DNA of 64,000 nucleotides from Tubiluchus corallicola (Eukaryota; Animalia; Priapulida): positions 372,001 to 436,000 of the forward strand of contig JAQGDQ010000078.1 of the NCBI GenBank assembly GCA_030141605.1, written 5' to 3'. The position numbers were made by a program, and so were the translations under genes. The notes beneath the pieces are model-generated. The model was not told where the DNA came from, made no database searches, and saw nothing but the letters and a program-made list of their open reading frames with translations. Shown here in pieces: positions 46,686 through 60,729 of this stretch (position 1 is the stretch's first letter; every line of letters starts with the position of its first letter).

Positions 46686-48464
46686 ATTAACTCTCAACCG
46701 TTTAATCTACAGCCACAAAGAAAGACTGAAATTAGTCTGTTTATTTTTAAAATGCACCATTAGCACTAATACAAACTCTGCTAATGTTGAATTCCTTGAA
46801 TTCCATAGCGAGCGCAAGTCATGTACCCGTGCGGATAATTAATGGGCCGCATAATATCGATGGGGCTGTAATCGCATCGAAACACAAGAGAAAACAAATT
46901 TTATGCGTTTAAGCTTAAAAAAGTTGCCTCTGCAATAAACTAAACCAAAACAAGACACTGAATCAAGGGTCAGCCTTCTTACAGGATAAACAATATTTTG
47001 TAATTTTGAGGGTGTATAATGGCTGCAACTTCCAATGTTTAAACACAACTAGTCAGACAGACAAATTTTTTCTTGTTGATGTGATCAAGGTCCGATGTGG
47101 CGGTGCCATATTTCCTCTTCTACGTCAACTTTATAGTAACTTTTCTGCCGCCACACAAAATTTTTGGGAACGGAAGTATCGTGAAATCTTGTGATTTCAG
47201 ACTAAATGTCCTGTCACATATGTCTTTACAATGTATTTTTTTAGTAAACTCGTCTTAAGTTGGTTCGTCCATAGTTCTGATGTAGATTTACAGGAACTAG
47301 TTCCATAGTAACCCAAAATACCAGAAATGTGGCGCATTTCAGTGATTAGAACAAATAGAGTTGCGTACGTTGTAGGTCGAAACCTAATAAACATTGATAT
47401 GTCCGACACCGAACATCCAGAATCTTGAAAAATGGAAAATGACACGTTGAGCATAAAGCTAAATAGCCACTGTCAGTTCAGAAAATTTGTAAAGCCTTGT
47501 GCACATTTTAAACACATGAGGAACATACTGCTTATTATTAAGCACATCCTGTACCACATCTGTGTTTACGTTAAGATCTGTTTATAGAATAAAATACGCT
47601 GTTTCTAGTAGTTATTTACTAGAGAGAAAATTCATCAGTGCCAGTATAATTTCATACCCGTAGAAAAAAAATAGAAGAGCACCAAACTACCATTGTTCAT
47701 TCCCTGTTTCTGGCGGTTCTGTACATATAACTGGTAGTCAATTATTATCTGGTGGTAATGAGTCGACATTTTACTAGTGCTTCTGATGGAATTGCAATTG
47801 GTGGATCAAGTTTTTGCGTACATAGAACCTACTTCTTGTTCCTATATCCTACCCTCTCTTGTTCTTTTTGCATTGTTTCTATACTGATTGTAGGATTAGG
47901 CCTATAATCTTGCGGATCTTGTAAGGACTGGATGGTGCTTTGCCTGTCCTTGTTTCTAATGTTCTTGAGCAGAATTACATAATCTTTCCCTTCCCATTCA
48001 TCAGACATTAAACATACGTAGACATACAGAATTGCGCAAGGTCTAATAGCCGACTCAATCAATGTTAGCTGTTGCCTTCGATTTCTTAATGCATTTCCTT
48101 AGTCAAATAATTATTACAGTGCATTAATCATAAGATAATGTGCCAACAGTCCTCTCATTTGACACATTAGTCTTGTACATTTTGAATATCATATTGTTAA
48201 GGAAGAAGTGCATTTAGCATGTTAAACAACCAAAACTGACTCTGAGTCCATAAGACATTTACGGGCTTCATTGACAAGGAAAATAGTAGCTTAATGGATG
48301 AAGAAGTTAAACGAATAACAATGATTTTACACAGTCATGAACTAACTCTGAAATTTCAAGACAGGTTGTTTACAAATCAAAAGCTTTTAGAGAATTTATG
48401 TAAAACTGCATACATATCACAAATTCTTTTCCATCTCGTCTTATTAATTCTTTCACAAACAAAT

Positions 48465-48600
48465 GGCTGAATGAAAGAATGACTGACTGACTGACTGACT
48501 GAATGGATGGATGTAAATGAATGAAGGAAGGAATGGATGGATGAATGAGTGAACGAGTGAGTGAGTGAATGAATGAGTTGATGATTGAAAAATGAATGAC
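48465..48600. repeat. Compound tetranucleotide microsatellite (GACT/GAAT/GGAT/GAGT)
   Basis: Direct reading. Confidence 0.85.
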
Positions 48601-51309
48601 TAATATTTAGTTTTAAACAAATGAATAAGGCTCTGCCATTTTAATGATAATGTGGCATCTGATATTATCGAGTTGCTGGTTGAATTTTGGATTTGTTTTT
48701 GATGCATGTTTGCATGCTAGTTGCATTATCAACAGTCATATAAATCCATTACACTAATGTATGGTGGCAATTTATTTTAGCTGAGTCTAGTTCATGTCTG
48801 GCTACATTTATGGCTTAGCTTAGCAGAATGACTAAATTTTCATTTTTTTTTGCAAAATGGCAAGCTAATTTTTCTGCGTTGCGTTACTGCTTGGCATGGT
48901 AATTCTAATAATGACATGCATTATAAAATGTATTAGCATGTCAACACAACTAGAGGAATCAGCCAGCTAACTGATAGACATTTATTTATTCATCCATTTA
49001 ATACATTCTCTATTTTCAAAGCTTAATAAACTGTTTCATTAGCTAATATAAATCATATTATAGAATCATATAATATAATAGAGTAGGAACTCGTCCACAG
49101 TAAATGAATACAAACTGTTTATTTTCGTATTTACTAAGCATGCATGTTATACAAAACATTATTTTTATTAAGATTATTAAGTAAGTGTTTCATATTTGCG
49201 ATAATTTTAGCAATTGAGTATAACACAATGGATCTTTATTTCCTACTAAAATTCCAGTAATTTCATGTGTGAAGCCCTAAAGAGCTGCTTTTATTTAGTA
49301 TCTAAACTTTAATACAGGAGCTGCCCGAAATTCTGTGTATCATCGTGAAAATATCAAAACACCCTAATCTATTCAACCTCTACAATTGGTTTCAACAAAA
49401 CGTAACGTTTACAGTAGCAACTGCAATAATTGTAATCTTTTAAGTAGCTTATTGTAGAAAATTCCAAACAATCTAACATCCACAATTTTTGTGTATGCGC
49501 ATCTAGCTTTAGGCTCATTTTCCCTTGAGCTTATATCGTTTGTACAGCGAAGCTTAGATGAGTTAAAATATCAGAAATCCATGCGTGCATTCGTTAGCTG
49601 TGGAGCAATTTTGCTTGTCACGGAAATCACTCTCAAAGCCAGTCTGCATGTATAACTATTATTGATTACGTGCACTAAGGCTCTGTTTCAAATTAGTAGA
49701 ATTGTGCATTGTGAATTGAAGCCATAGCAGTTTTCCAAGCAACGAGCTGCCTCTCTGTGAAAAGACGGTCATAAATGCTCATAAATTTAATAATATTGCT
49801 ATCTAAGCATTGAGTCGTCCTGTGTTTAATTAATAAGTAAATAATTGAGGGATCACTCTTTAATCGTCTTTTGTAGTAATAATAGGCTGAACTTGAATTA
49901 GTAAAAGCGAAGCCGGTATGCAGTGGAGTGTTTGTGAGCTCTCGTTTTTCGCAGTGTGCTTCGTAAGTCCTGAGTCTCGTCAGTCACAACAATCCTAGAA
50001 AGACGTCCACGAACTGTCCCACTTCCATTAAACAAATCCCTCGCATAAGTATAGAGTGTCTCGATGAGCCAAAATTGTTTTTATGTCGATATCTGTTCCC
50101 AAAACTGATTAATAATCACGGTTTCAGGAAAACTAATTACAGGGGCCAAATTAGAAACACTTAACTAATACCTTGGGAAAATTTAAGTTAGCGTCTATTA
50201 ATGTGGTTCCGAATAAAGCGGCTTCGGTTTGAAAACCTGCGTTTATTCATTCATTATTCTTTGAAAAACAATAAATGCAATGTATTTTTATGTATGGTGT
50301 GAAAATTGTAAAATTTTGAAAAATTTCCGATTTTTTCTCCAAATCCTATGCATCAAGAAAGTTCATTTCACAGTAAAACGCAGGCTTTTTTCGCGCGTCC
50401 AGTTAGCTGCAGCTATTTTGCGAGTTGCCGGTTTGTAGCTGTCAATATGGGCAGGGAGGACGACGTAATATTTTTACTAACTACTAAATGTTTACTATTA
50501 TTACGATAATATTAATTACTGTCGCTGTTGGGTGCACCCAATTAACGAAACAAGACAGCACCATGATCACTTCACAATAGATTTTTGGTTTTCAGATCTT
50601 TGCATTTAACATGCACTAACTTGATATTTGGGTGGCGTAATGATATTGAGAGGTTAACCCACGCAAGCTAAACTTAGTGCGCATGTTTAAGTCTTGAATT
50701 ATTTATTTTATCTTTTAGTTGCAATATCAAAGAAAGTATAATGGTGTTGCCTTATTTATGTGGATAATAAGTTAAATTATTTTACAATATTTTAAAAGTT
50801 TATAATTAAGCGTAACATGACAGGAACTACTGCTCCATCATACCAATAATAACTGAAAAATACTTCACCACTGTCTTATCGCAGTCGAAGGGTCATTAAG
50901 AGTATTTAAACATTTCTTTTCATTGAAAAATACGACTCTTCTGTACAACGAATCGTGCAGAACATTAGTTTTCAGACTGCAGCGCCCCCCCCCCCCCACG
51001 GAAAGACCAAAGATTAGCGTTCAATAATCACTGAACATTTGGATAAGTAATTTTTCAAATGTGAAATCGCTCTGCAGTAGGTAATTAATCTCAGAAGATT
51101 CTTGCGAGAGATTCCGCGGATTTGACTTGTGCGAGCAGAAAATATTAAGCTGAACGCAGTTTGTTAAACTGCTTATCCGGCCTGTGTTAGCAGGCTTCCC
51201 AACTTAATGAGTTTGTAGAATTCACTGTTACATTAAGACACACAAAGATTTTGATTTAACGCTTTATTTCGAATCAAAATTCATATTTATAAGCATAAAT
51301 AAAAATAGA

Positions 51310-51444
51310 AAAGAGAGAGGGACTGAGTGAGTGAGAGAGCGCGCGCGCGAGAGAGAGAGAGTTCTGCTCCCAAGTCTCTCTGGTCATTGTCAAGCCATCT
51401 AGACAAAAATATTTTTTAATTTTGTAGCATATTTTATAGTGAGT

Positions 51445-51508
<64 letters not shown>

Positions 51509-51615
51509 TGAGGGAGAGTGAGAGTGATAGAGAGGGAGGAAGAGAGAGATCTATTCCCAAGTCTGGCTGGGGATTGTCACGCCATGTAAACAAAAATATC
51601 ATTTAATTTTGTTTT
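51310..51615. repeat. (AG)n microsatellites within a diverged ~190-bp tandem duplication
   Basis: (AG)n at 51349-51361 and 51445-51503; the motif TCCCAAGTCT...ATTGTCA.GCCAT.TA.ACAAAAATAT occurs at ~51368 and ~51555. Confidence 0.85.
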
Positions 51616-52194
51616 ATATATATGATTGCTTTGTAAAAAATTGGTTAGAATATTGTTTAAAATTCGCTATAACTTGGATCAAAAATAAGCACACAGATTG
51701 TCAAGAAATGATAGCAACCTAAACAGTATTTAAAAAGTCATCATAAGTAGATACAAATGTGTCTTTTAGTATTTTAATCATTACTATTTTTCATTTACAC
51801 TGTTTTTTCTTTCCTCTTCTTATTGCCAGAAATAAAAAAGAGTTTCCACTGTTTTTTTATATCCTACAGAGTACAAATAACGGTAGTACTAGATGTTAAA
51901 ATAAATGCTCTTTCCCCAAAATTAAATAATCTTTCTCGTTTTTTCAGGTTTTTACCTACTCATTTCAGTTTCTTCTGGTCAGAGGGAAGGAGTCTATTCA
52001 TGAATTCTATCCCATTAACTTACTTCGAACAATAGGTTATGTTGAAAGAGATTCTACTATAGTAACATAATTAAACAACTTTATATTAAAAGTATAAAAA
52101 TGCCCAACACAGAGGGCTTCGACAAATCTATGCCACTCTTCTTCTTCTTTTTCTGCTGCTCTAAACATTTATTGTAGACATAAAGCCTCTATCC

Positions 52195-52480
52195 TTTATT
52201 AGTGCACTCCAGTGTTTCCTATCTGCAGCAAACTTTGGAAGTCCTGTGGTGCTATTATTGGGTTTGGTCTCAGCTGTTGTAAATCTTTATTAATTGTTGA
52301 TATCCAAGTTGTTTTTTGTTTGAATGGAAGTGGTTTAGTAGGTTTCAGTGCCTCGTTTAATGCTAATCTTACTGGTGTTGTTTCTTTATTAGTGATAATT
52401 TTTGCCACTACTCTGCCCAAAAAACAAAATGCAGTAACGAAAATCTTCTCCGTCCAACAAACCATGACAAAGGACAAAAG
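52195..52480 (-). mobile_element. RTE-like LINE 3' fragment
   Basis: TPVRLALNEALKPTKPLPFKQKTTWISTINKDLQQLRPN is homologous to the 17942-18148 peptide. Confidence 0.7.
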
Positions 52481-52598
52481 GACAAAGACACTTACTTACA
52501 GTCACTGGGACAACAGACAACATTAGCCACTCTTAACAAACACAACAACACTGCGACGCCACAAATATAACAGAAATAAAAACTATTTGCGCCAATAC

Positions 52599-52675
52599 GG
52601 GTGGTCGTGAGATTCGAACTCGGGCTGCAAACAGAGAAACACCCACAGTCCGTTACGTTAACCACTCGGTCACCC
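52599..52675 (-). mobile_element. tRNA-derived SINE head or tRNA pseudogene
   Basis: Minus strand GGTGACCGAGTGGTTAACGTAACGGACTG...CCCGAGTTCGAATCTCACGACCACC: A box and B box present, stems imperfect. Confidence 0.6.
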
Positions 52676-55600
52676 GTACTGACAAAATGAGTGAATGGGC
52701 ACAACTTACACTATAAAGCTCCACAGAAATAGAAATATGCAACAGTGTTATAAGATTTACTTCTTCCAAAGTTTCTGCGAGTTTTCCTAGTTGATTCAAC
52801 TTGTCCTACCTGCTCAGTCCTGCCGTATGACTGAGCGATAAGTTGGTGCTTCTGAAGAAACTCTACTTTTAAACAGTCATTCGTAATCAATAAAATATCG
52901 TTATATTCATCGTTACACATTGTTGTCACCGCTAATGGAATTGCCACCATCGTCGTCATCATCTTCAGCATTATCATCATAGTTATCGTCAATATCGTTG
53001 TTGTCGTCTCTTACATGATCACGTCGTCACTAGAACAGGCAGCCATTTCCATCTTCCCCGCTGGCGTATGTAAAATCTTCAGCAGTGTTTTGCTATTCCT
53101 GGAACTTCGTCTCATCATTTCTGCAGAAGCTCGACTTTAGCGTACAAATCGCAATCCTCCAGCAAACTGTCCTGTTCCATTATCCTCTTAAATGCATGGC
53201 TTGCGTCTGCTCTTTCAAACTCGAAGACGACATTGCTGATCGATTAGACGTGAGAACGTCGCATCTCCGTCAGTTTCAACAATCAACCCGGCCAAGCCGT
53301 GTTGACATTATTCAGAACAGCTAACTGGCTTCACGGTATGATGCGATCAAATCACAGAAAATGCCGTTACTAAAATACCAGAATATGAGAAGGGAAGGTA
53401 AAAAGGCGTCTCATGTTTCTTTTTTATACAAATCAGGCCGAATCTACAAATGAGAAACGAAGATATGAATTCTAGTACAGAAACAAGAGCTTATAACTGA
53501 TTTGATAAATATAATAGAAGACATTTGTTGATATTCTTCTTGAATTGAGTGAAGATGTAGTTTTAAGGAAAATAATACTCTGGTAAAGAATTTCGTAAAT
53601 ATGAAGCTCGGAAGAAAAAACTGGATTAATGACGAGGAAAAAATATGCTGATGACTCTAGATGATGTAGATGACTATATTACCCGTCATCGTTAATTGTT
53701 ATACCTACATCAGTAGCAATCTTAAATAATTAAATCCTCGTAACATCTCCTCCGTATAAACCGAGATTCAGCAGTACTCGATGATACGAATCGTTATAAA
53801 TAATTTTACCTGATTGTGGCGAGGCTGGAATCGTAATTCATTTTTTAAGAGTTATTCTCTGAGTTGTTGCACTGGGACGCAAGTAATGCACAGAAATTTC
53901 CCCAAGGTTTTACAATTAATTGGCTGTAATTGTGCGCATGCGTTGCACTTGTGTGTCTTTAGTGAAATCGAGGCACGATATTCCAACTACAGTAGAATCA
54001 AATTACGTAGGGGTATCTAATGTTAAATCAAAACGAAAGTTTTTTGTTTAAATACTTGATTGACACTAGACTAGTCCGTTTCCGTTATGTAAGTCCTCGT
54101 AATAAACTCCTTTACCTTCCATGCTTCAGATTAGAGTCATTAGCAATCTACAAGGTTTCTCTAACGAAAAAGATTTTATGGATGCAACGTTTATAGATGC
54201 GTGTTTATTAACAATGTGCAGGTGCAACTTCCTATAGCAGTAGTAGTAGTTTTGTTGAAAATTTTTGTTTGCCTCTGAAGACTAATTGTCATAATATAAG
54301 TGATAAAGATAGACACCTAGTGTTAATTAAGGCAAAACATAATATTTGTAACAAACTTTACTTCACTTACGTTCTTGCTGGATGTTGAGTGTTGCTAAAA
54401 GTGTATAACTGAGTTAGCCGAACTTTGGTGGGCATAACAAAAGGCTTTTTGTTTCATTGGGGCACCACCCCTATTAATATCACGAAAATTGGCTGGCTGA
54501 TTGTCTAGTTAAACTTTGCTCACAAATTTTTTTAGCGACTGGAGAAGAACCAGTACATCAGGAATTTAGTGATAATGAATTATTTAATACAGCTAGTTAG
54601 TAATTTGGTGGCTATATATATATACTGTCATGTTAATCGGATGGTGCTGATTCGCTAGTTCACATTGCTTTATAATAAAACGTTAGAAAAAAGAAAGAAA
54701 CAGATTATTTTTATAAAATAAACATGTCAGTATCATCTCTGCTCCATACTAGTTCTACGGAACAGGTGCTGAGATGTTAATCGCACCTGTCCGTCAGCCA
54801 GTTAAACAGAGGAGGTCATTCCATACCAATTATTTATAGCTGCTAAGCAATGGCTTCGTAATGGATCGAACCATCAAAATGTGGGAGTAAGGGTGAATAC
54901 AAATGACTCTTCGCCGTCGTAACAATGCATATATAGGTCTATGCATCGGCTACAACCGTGGAACTTATACATAAAGGGAAAATGATGTACACAGTATACT
55001 GAGTTTTCATGGTTTCTTTTCAATTGTCTTTCGTGTGTATAGTCAACTTAGCGAGCATAACCATGACTAGCTTTTTAACTTTTCTTCGTCGATTTGAATT
55101 ATCAGCATTCGGAAAACTTTGATTACCAAGAAAACACTTTTGTCAGAAACAGCTTTCTGAGTACAATTAATTGTTTAGCTATTTACTGTAAGATGCGTTG
55201 CAGACGTGATAGGCTATGTATAAAAATTGGTTACTTAGTAAACGTAAACTATTAATTCACTAATTAGTCATAAAGTGATTCTTCACTTCCTCTTAAATGG
55301 TTTTTTCCAAGATGGAACTATATAGGCTTGTGCGGGGAATTTCTACCAGGAAAACAGCTATAATGTGATGCAGAAATTATAACTGTTTTTCCTATTTATC
55401 TGTGCACAGTAGCTGGTTATCTAAAATGTAACATGTAAAATGCCAGACTAACTGAACTAAAATGCTATTTATTTGCACTAAAATCTAAACTGTGTGTAAA
55501 CACTCATAATGTGACGTCTAACATATTTTGTCATCATGTAATTTTAGCCATGACGAACTAAGTGCAAAAAGTTTAAATTTTTGTGTTTATCGTTTTATTT

Positions 55601-56769
55601 TTCACAGCTAGGAGCATCGTGTGGATTTGACAAACAAGACTAAAATGAACTAAAATCGTGACACTCTAGCTTCATTAACCCACTTTCGAGACTTAATCCT
55701 TAGAGAAAACGGGCAAAATAAATAAATAAATAACAATTTTCAGTCTAATTGCTTTAAAGCCATAAAAACAAAACCGCCAGAAAGAACCATTCGACATGCT
55801 GCTGAGTTAACTTATTTAATCCAGGGAAGTTCTCAACAACTGTGTGGAACGTATTGCCTTTTGTAATTTTGGCTACATTATAATGCTTGTGTTGGTTCTT
55901 TCCAAAAATAAAATTAATATCTTTGTACGATATTGTAAAGTATATCATTGTACTTATTTTTTATTTAAAGGATAACTATACTGCTGCACTTGTAGATCTT
56001 TAAGCTTGCCAGCACAAAAGCTACTACACATGAGTCAAAAAACATTTTTAAAGATTGCGTAGAGCGTTACAGAAATGTACAAAAAATCGAATTTCTGATG
56101 ACGTTGCCTCAACAATAGTTTTTGGATGTCTTTCCCGGAGTTAATTTGCGTAGGTAAATGTGCTTTGGAGCAACTCCATCACAACATCGCTATTTTCATC
56201 CCCGCATTATTTCCCCAGGGTACCATATCAATGGCTTCCATACTGCGCTGCACATTCATTTCATATCAGTTAACTCTTATATGCGTAATTGAATTGCGCT
56301 ACTGCGTGATGTTGTCTGGAGTGGAAAATCGACAAAACACGTAACCATGCATCAACTGAGCGGTTTTGTCAATCAACAACTCTCTTTATCTTTAGCAAAA
56401 ATGAATTAATTATTGGTTATGACTTATGAGTTCGTCCCTTTATCTTTAACAAAAAATGCCAAGCTCAGATTAATAATTATCTTGATTGTTCTGAATTTCG
56501 TCCAAATTTTACTGTATATGTATTGCTGAATACAAATTAGCAAATGCATTTCCCTAACAAAATCTTTAACATTGTCATATTTATAAAACCGATTGTATTA
56601 TCTAATCTGATCCGATCTGATCTGATCTGATCTGAGCCAATCTAATCCAATCAAACCAAAACCACTCCAATCCAATCTAATCTGTTCTAGTCGATTATAT
56701 CTAATTCTAGTCCTATATATTACGTAATCCACTATAGATTAATTAAATTAAATTACATTTAATTTACTT

Positions 56770-57030
56770 TAATTTAATTTAATTTAATTTAATTTATTTC
56801 ACATCACATACGAACAATAAAAACAAATGTTTACATAAAAATTCATCAAATCAATAATGTGGAGGAGACGCTCAGAGGCAATTTTACCTATTTATAAGGT
56901 AAATCTATAAAAAAGTAAAAACCTACTTTAAGTCCACAGCATGTAATCTAGTTTTAAAAAGTGTTGTGCTGTTACAAGTGGAAATCCATTTACTTGTACG
57001 GTTAAGCTATTCCAGACAGGGACAACCCTA
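56770..57030 (-). mobile_element. L2/CR1-type LINE 3' end
   Basis: Minus-strand VPVWNSLT...TCNSTTLFKTRLHAVDLK followed by a (TAAAT)n tail. Confidence 0.6.
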
Positions 57031-57234
57031 TAGCATATAATATAATATTATATATATATATATATATAATAGTTGTGGTGCATACTTATAAATCATGAAA
57101 TGATGACTAGAAGCAAAATAAACATTGACGACCAAATACTGTTTCTTAGAGAACTTAGAGAACAGGTATAGGCTTAAAGCACAAGAAAACTCCCCACTTG
57201 CATAATCCAATCCAATCCAAGCTAACAAGATTGT

Positions 57235-57873
57235 TAGTTTAAAAAATTCGTCTCAAATATTTATACCACTTACATATTGGGTTTTTGCATGCAGGACTTG
57301 CATCGGCCGTAACGCTGTATAAAACGTGTAAATTTAAACTCCCGCGATGACCGTTAGATGCAAACATTTTGATGGCAGGTCGTTTGAAACAAGTTTAGAT
57401 AACATTGAGTGAAGTTCGAAAAAATAGTCAGAGCATTCATAGCATACATATTGCTAAGTAAAATTTTGAGTACGTTTTTGGCTGTGAGTGGCGCACCCTA
57501 AGTAAAATTTCGAGTACGTTTTTGGCTGTGAGTCAGCGACATTTTACCAATTAGCACAAACATTTTAAATTATTATTTCTGGTTACATGAGTCTTTCCAG
57601 CAGGTAAACGAAATACTAAGTAATATGACTTTGCTTGGAAAGATTTTTGGGATATAATTTAACATTGTCTTTTCTTCCCCTGATTTACGTTTGCGTGGTG
57701 ACGTCATGTAATGGCTCGGTCGGAGCAGTATTGTGGGACACCTAAAATGAAAACAAACAAAAAATCCTTTCAACGCGAGTACGATATGCGTGTAAAATTG
57801 CTACAAAGTAATATAATGTTTTAGGGCGATTTTTCTGAAACCTACTTCAAGTACCCCTTTTCTTATCCTTTAA
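57235..57873 (+). mobile_element. Dispersed repeat family K (Kolobok-like terminus CCT-TTAA)
   Basis: Matches 32147-32770 (reverse complement) and 26295-26600; ends TTCTTATCCTTTAA; internal direct duplication starting at 57454 and 57498. Confidence 0.85.
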
Positions 57874-59023
57874 GCTACTTGATAGGTATTCGCAACAGCA
57901 CTAACCTTCGCGATCTGCTCAACTTGGATTTAATAGGTATGACAAATTACGGTAATATGAAAGGCAATATCCGCAAGTATTTACACAAGACCGTTTAATC
58001 GATTACCGCATTTAACTCAACTCTTGCTTTTAGATCGTGCTCACTCAGTTGGGAAATCTGAAACTTCTTTGCATTCCAAATCCTCGCCGTGCAAATAGCA
58101 GTTTCCATTAAAATTTTGCTAATATGAGAACGACAAGAAAGTGATTGCATTTGGCAAGATGAACGGATAATGTTTAATGTATTGCAACTTGCGCAAGTAA
58201 TCCCTGACTACTTGGATTAAATAAACTGATCTTAAGGCCTCAACTAAGGAGGCGTCAGAAAAAGATTGACTCGCTGTACAGAAAGAACTGAACAGAATAC
58301 ACAAAATAAAGATAAAATAAGATTAAATAAACTGAATAGAAAATAGCATTTAATTTGTAGTAAAGAACTCTTATCCTAATGTCTAGTATTGTCGGTGTTT
58401 GCAGGTCGGAGGGCTATCAATAGACACGGGTGCGTTTTATGCGAGCTTCTCAAAATGGGAATGGTGTCTATGATTTCTTTCAAAAACTTTGTTGCTGTTT
58501 ATGTCTAAGAAATCGAAATAAATAAAAACACGTCATATAAGACATATTATACTGATTAAATTATTAAACACACGTTTATATCTACATGAGATAATGTTTA
58601 AGTAAAGCAGGGCAATCATATCCCGGTAGCTTCTATATGAGTAGGTTATCCGAGACGAGTAGATATATTTCGTAACGCAAAAACAAACAAACAAAATTTA
58701 ATTTCTTTACGACGTAAATCTATTTCAGTTAACGTTACTTATAGTGTATTTACATAATATGCAGTATGATTTACACAATTCGCGAAAGTGATAACGAAAC
58801 CACCGTCAGTTTGTCAGAACCAGAAAATTGACGTGATCAAGTTTTCGTCAAGAATGTGTAAATTCACTAAATTGGAAGAAATTTTCAAGTTTACCATGTC
58901 ATCTTTTATCGTTGAGATGGAGATGTTGTTAGTTTTTGAATGGTAAAAAGTGATCGTATAAACCAGGGAGGTAGAAAACTTATCAACCCGTGATAATGTA
59001 CGCATGGTGTTTCATTTTCCATT

Positions 59024-59056
<33 letters not shown>

Positions 59057-59375
59057 CTTCCCCCCTCTCCAGCTCTCCCTTTCTTTTGCTCTTTCTCTCG
59101 TATTTTGATTTTATCTATAGGGAATGTGTGTTTAGTCTAATGATTAAGTTTAATGCTGATGCTAATATTATTTGTCAAAGGTTACTACATAGTGATGCAA
59201 AATTTACGTCTCATATCAGACGCCATTAGTTGAACTTACTTTTAACTGTGTAATTATTGTATATATCTGCGTTTATTAATTCTTTGTGTTAATGTGTGTG
59301 CATGTTTTGTTTCTCGTTATAAATATTTAAAATGTTTTAGGCTAGGAACCTTTAGTTTGCAATAAAAAGTTAAAT

Positions 59376-59815
<440 letters not shown>

Positions 59816-59921
59816 TTATGTCTTTTTCGTTCTCTCTCTTTCTCTCCTCTCTCTCTCTCTTTTATTCTCTCTTTCACTTTCTGAATTAGAAACCAATATG
59901 CAGTTTTAAATAAAAAACAAA

Positions 59922-59949
59922 TCATCATTGTCGTCATCATCTTCATCAT

Positions 59950-59997
<48 letters not shown>

Positions 59998-60003
59998 GTC
60001 ATC
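59922..60003. repeat. (CAT)n microsatellite
   Basis: Direct reading. Confidence 0.95.
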
Positions 60004-60681
60004 GAGAAAACCTGCATGTTGTTTGAACAAAACTTCTACTGTACTGTAAGCAGCAACATGTAAGCCGGTCACAATGTGGTTTGTCCATTCTCTTAACTAC
60101 TCTTCCCGGAATCCAGGCAGAAAAATCCAATCTTTATCCGCAAGACTGTTTATAGTGTCTGTGTGGTCGACGGCAGCTGTAAAATATTTTATTGTTGCAA
60201 GTTTGAAGCCATGCACGCGACGTGCGTCAGAGTTGCATGAACTTTTCACCAACTTAATCTAATTATACAGCAGAAATAAAAGCTTCCAGTGAATTGTAAT
60301 GTGAAATTTGTCTAAATTGGATTTCAACAATAAATTTTTCGCGAGAAAGAGTGGTCAAAGCTTTTCTGCGCAACAGTCACCGCGTTATTACGTTATCATT
60401 TATAATTGCAATAATGCAGTTTAATTGCAAAAAGGTCAAAAAATATAAAGGCGGATTTCCAGTGGTTATTAATGAACTATTTTAAAACACGTTGGAAATT
60501 TTGAACTGTTATTGAGGATCCACCGTACGTTGCTGGAAAACTTGTTATGAAATGTAAAATAAACAACTACAGAGGTGATTTAAAATGTGTTAACATCTTT
60601 CGTCTAATATGTGTTAAATGCCTATTATATCATTATGAAACATATCCTCATGCAAAAATAAACTAACTGTTACAAATCTCA

Positions 60682-60684
<3 letters not shown>

Positions 60685-60726
<42 letters not shown>

Positions 60727-60729
60727 TAT
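60685..60729. repeat. (AT)n microsatellite
   Basis: Direct reading. Confidence 0.95.

Noticed and set aside
47598-47640. Possible hammerhead ribozyme (minus-strand CUGAUGA...GAAAC)
   Set aside because: Stem II does not close next to the core. Other CTGATGA hits at ~26010, ~31942 and ~48000 also lack a paired stem II followed by GAAA.
47197-48062. Minus-strand ORFs of 85 and 77 aa
   Set aside because: No recognisable domain and no phase-consistent exon chain; possibly old retroelement debris.
52599-52675. Functional tRNA gene
   Set aside because: A and B boxes are present but acceptor and anticodon stems do not pair; same for 14665-14737. Treated as SINE heads; tRNAscan-SE would settle it.
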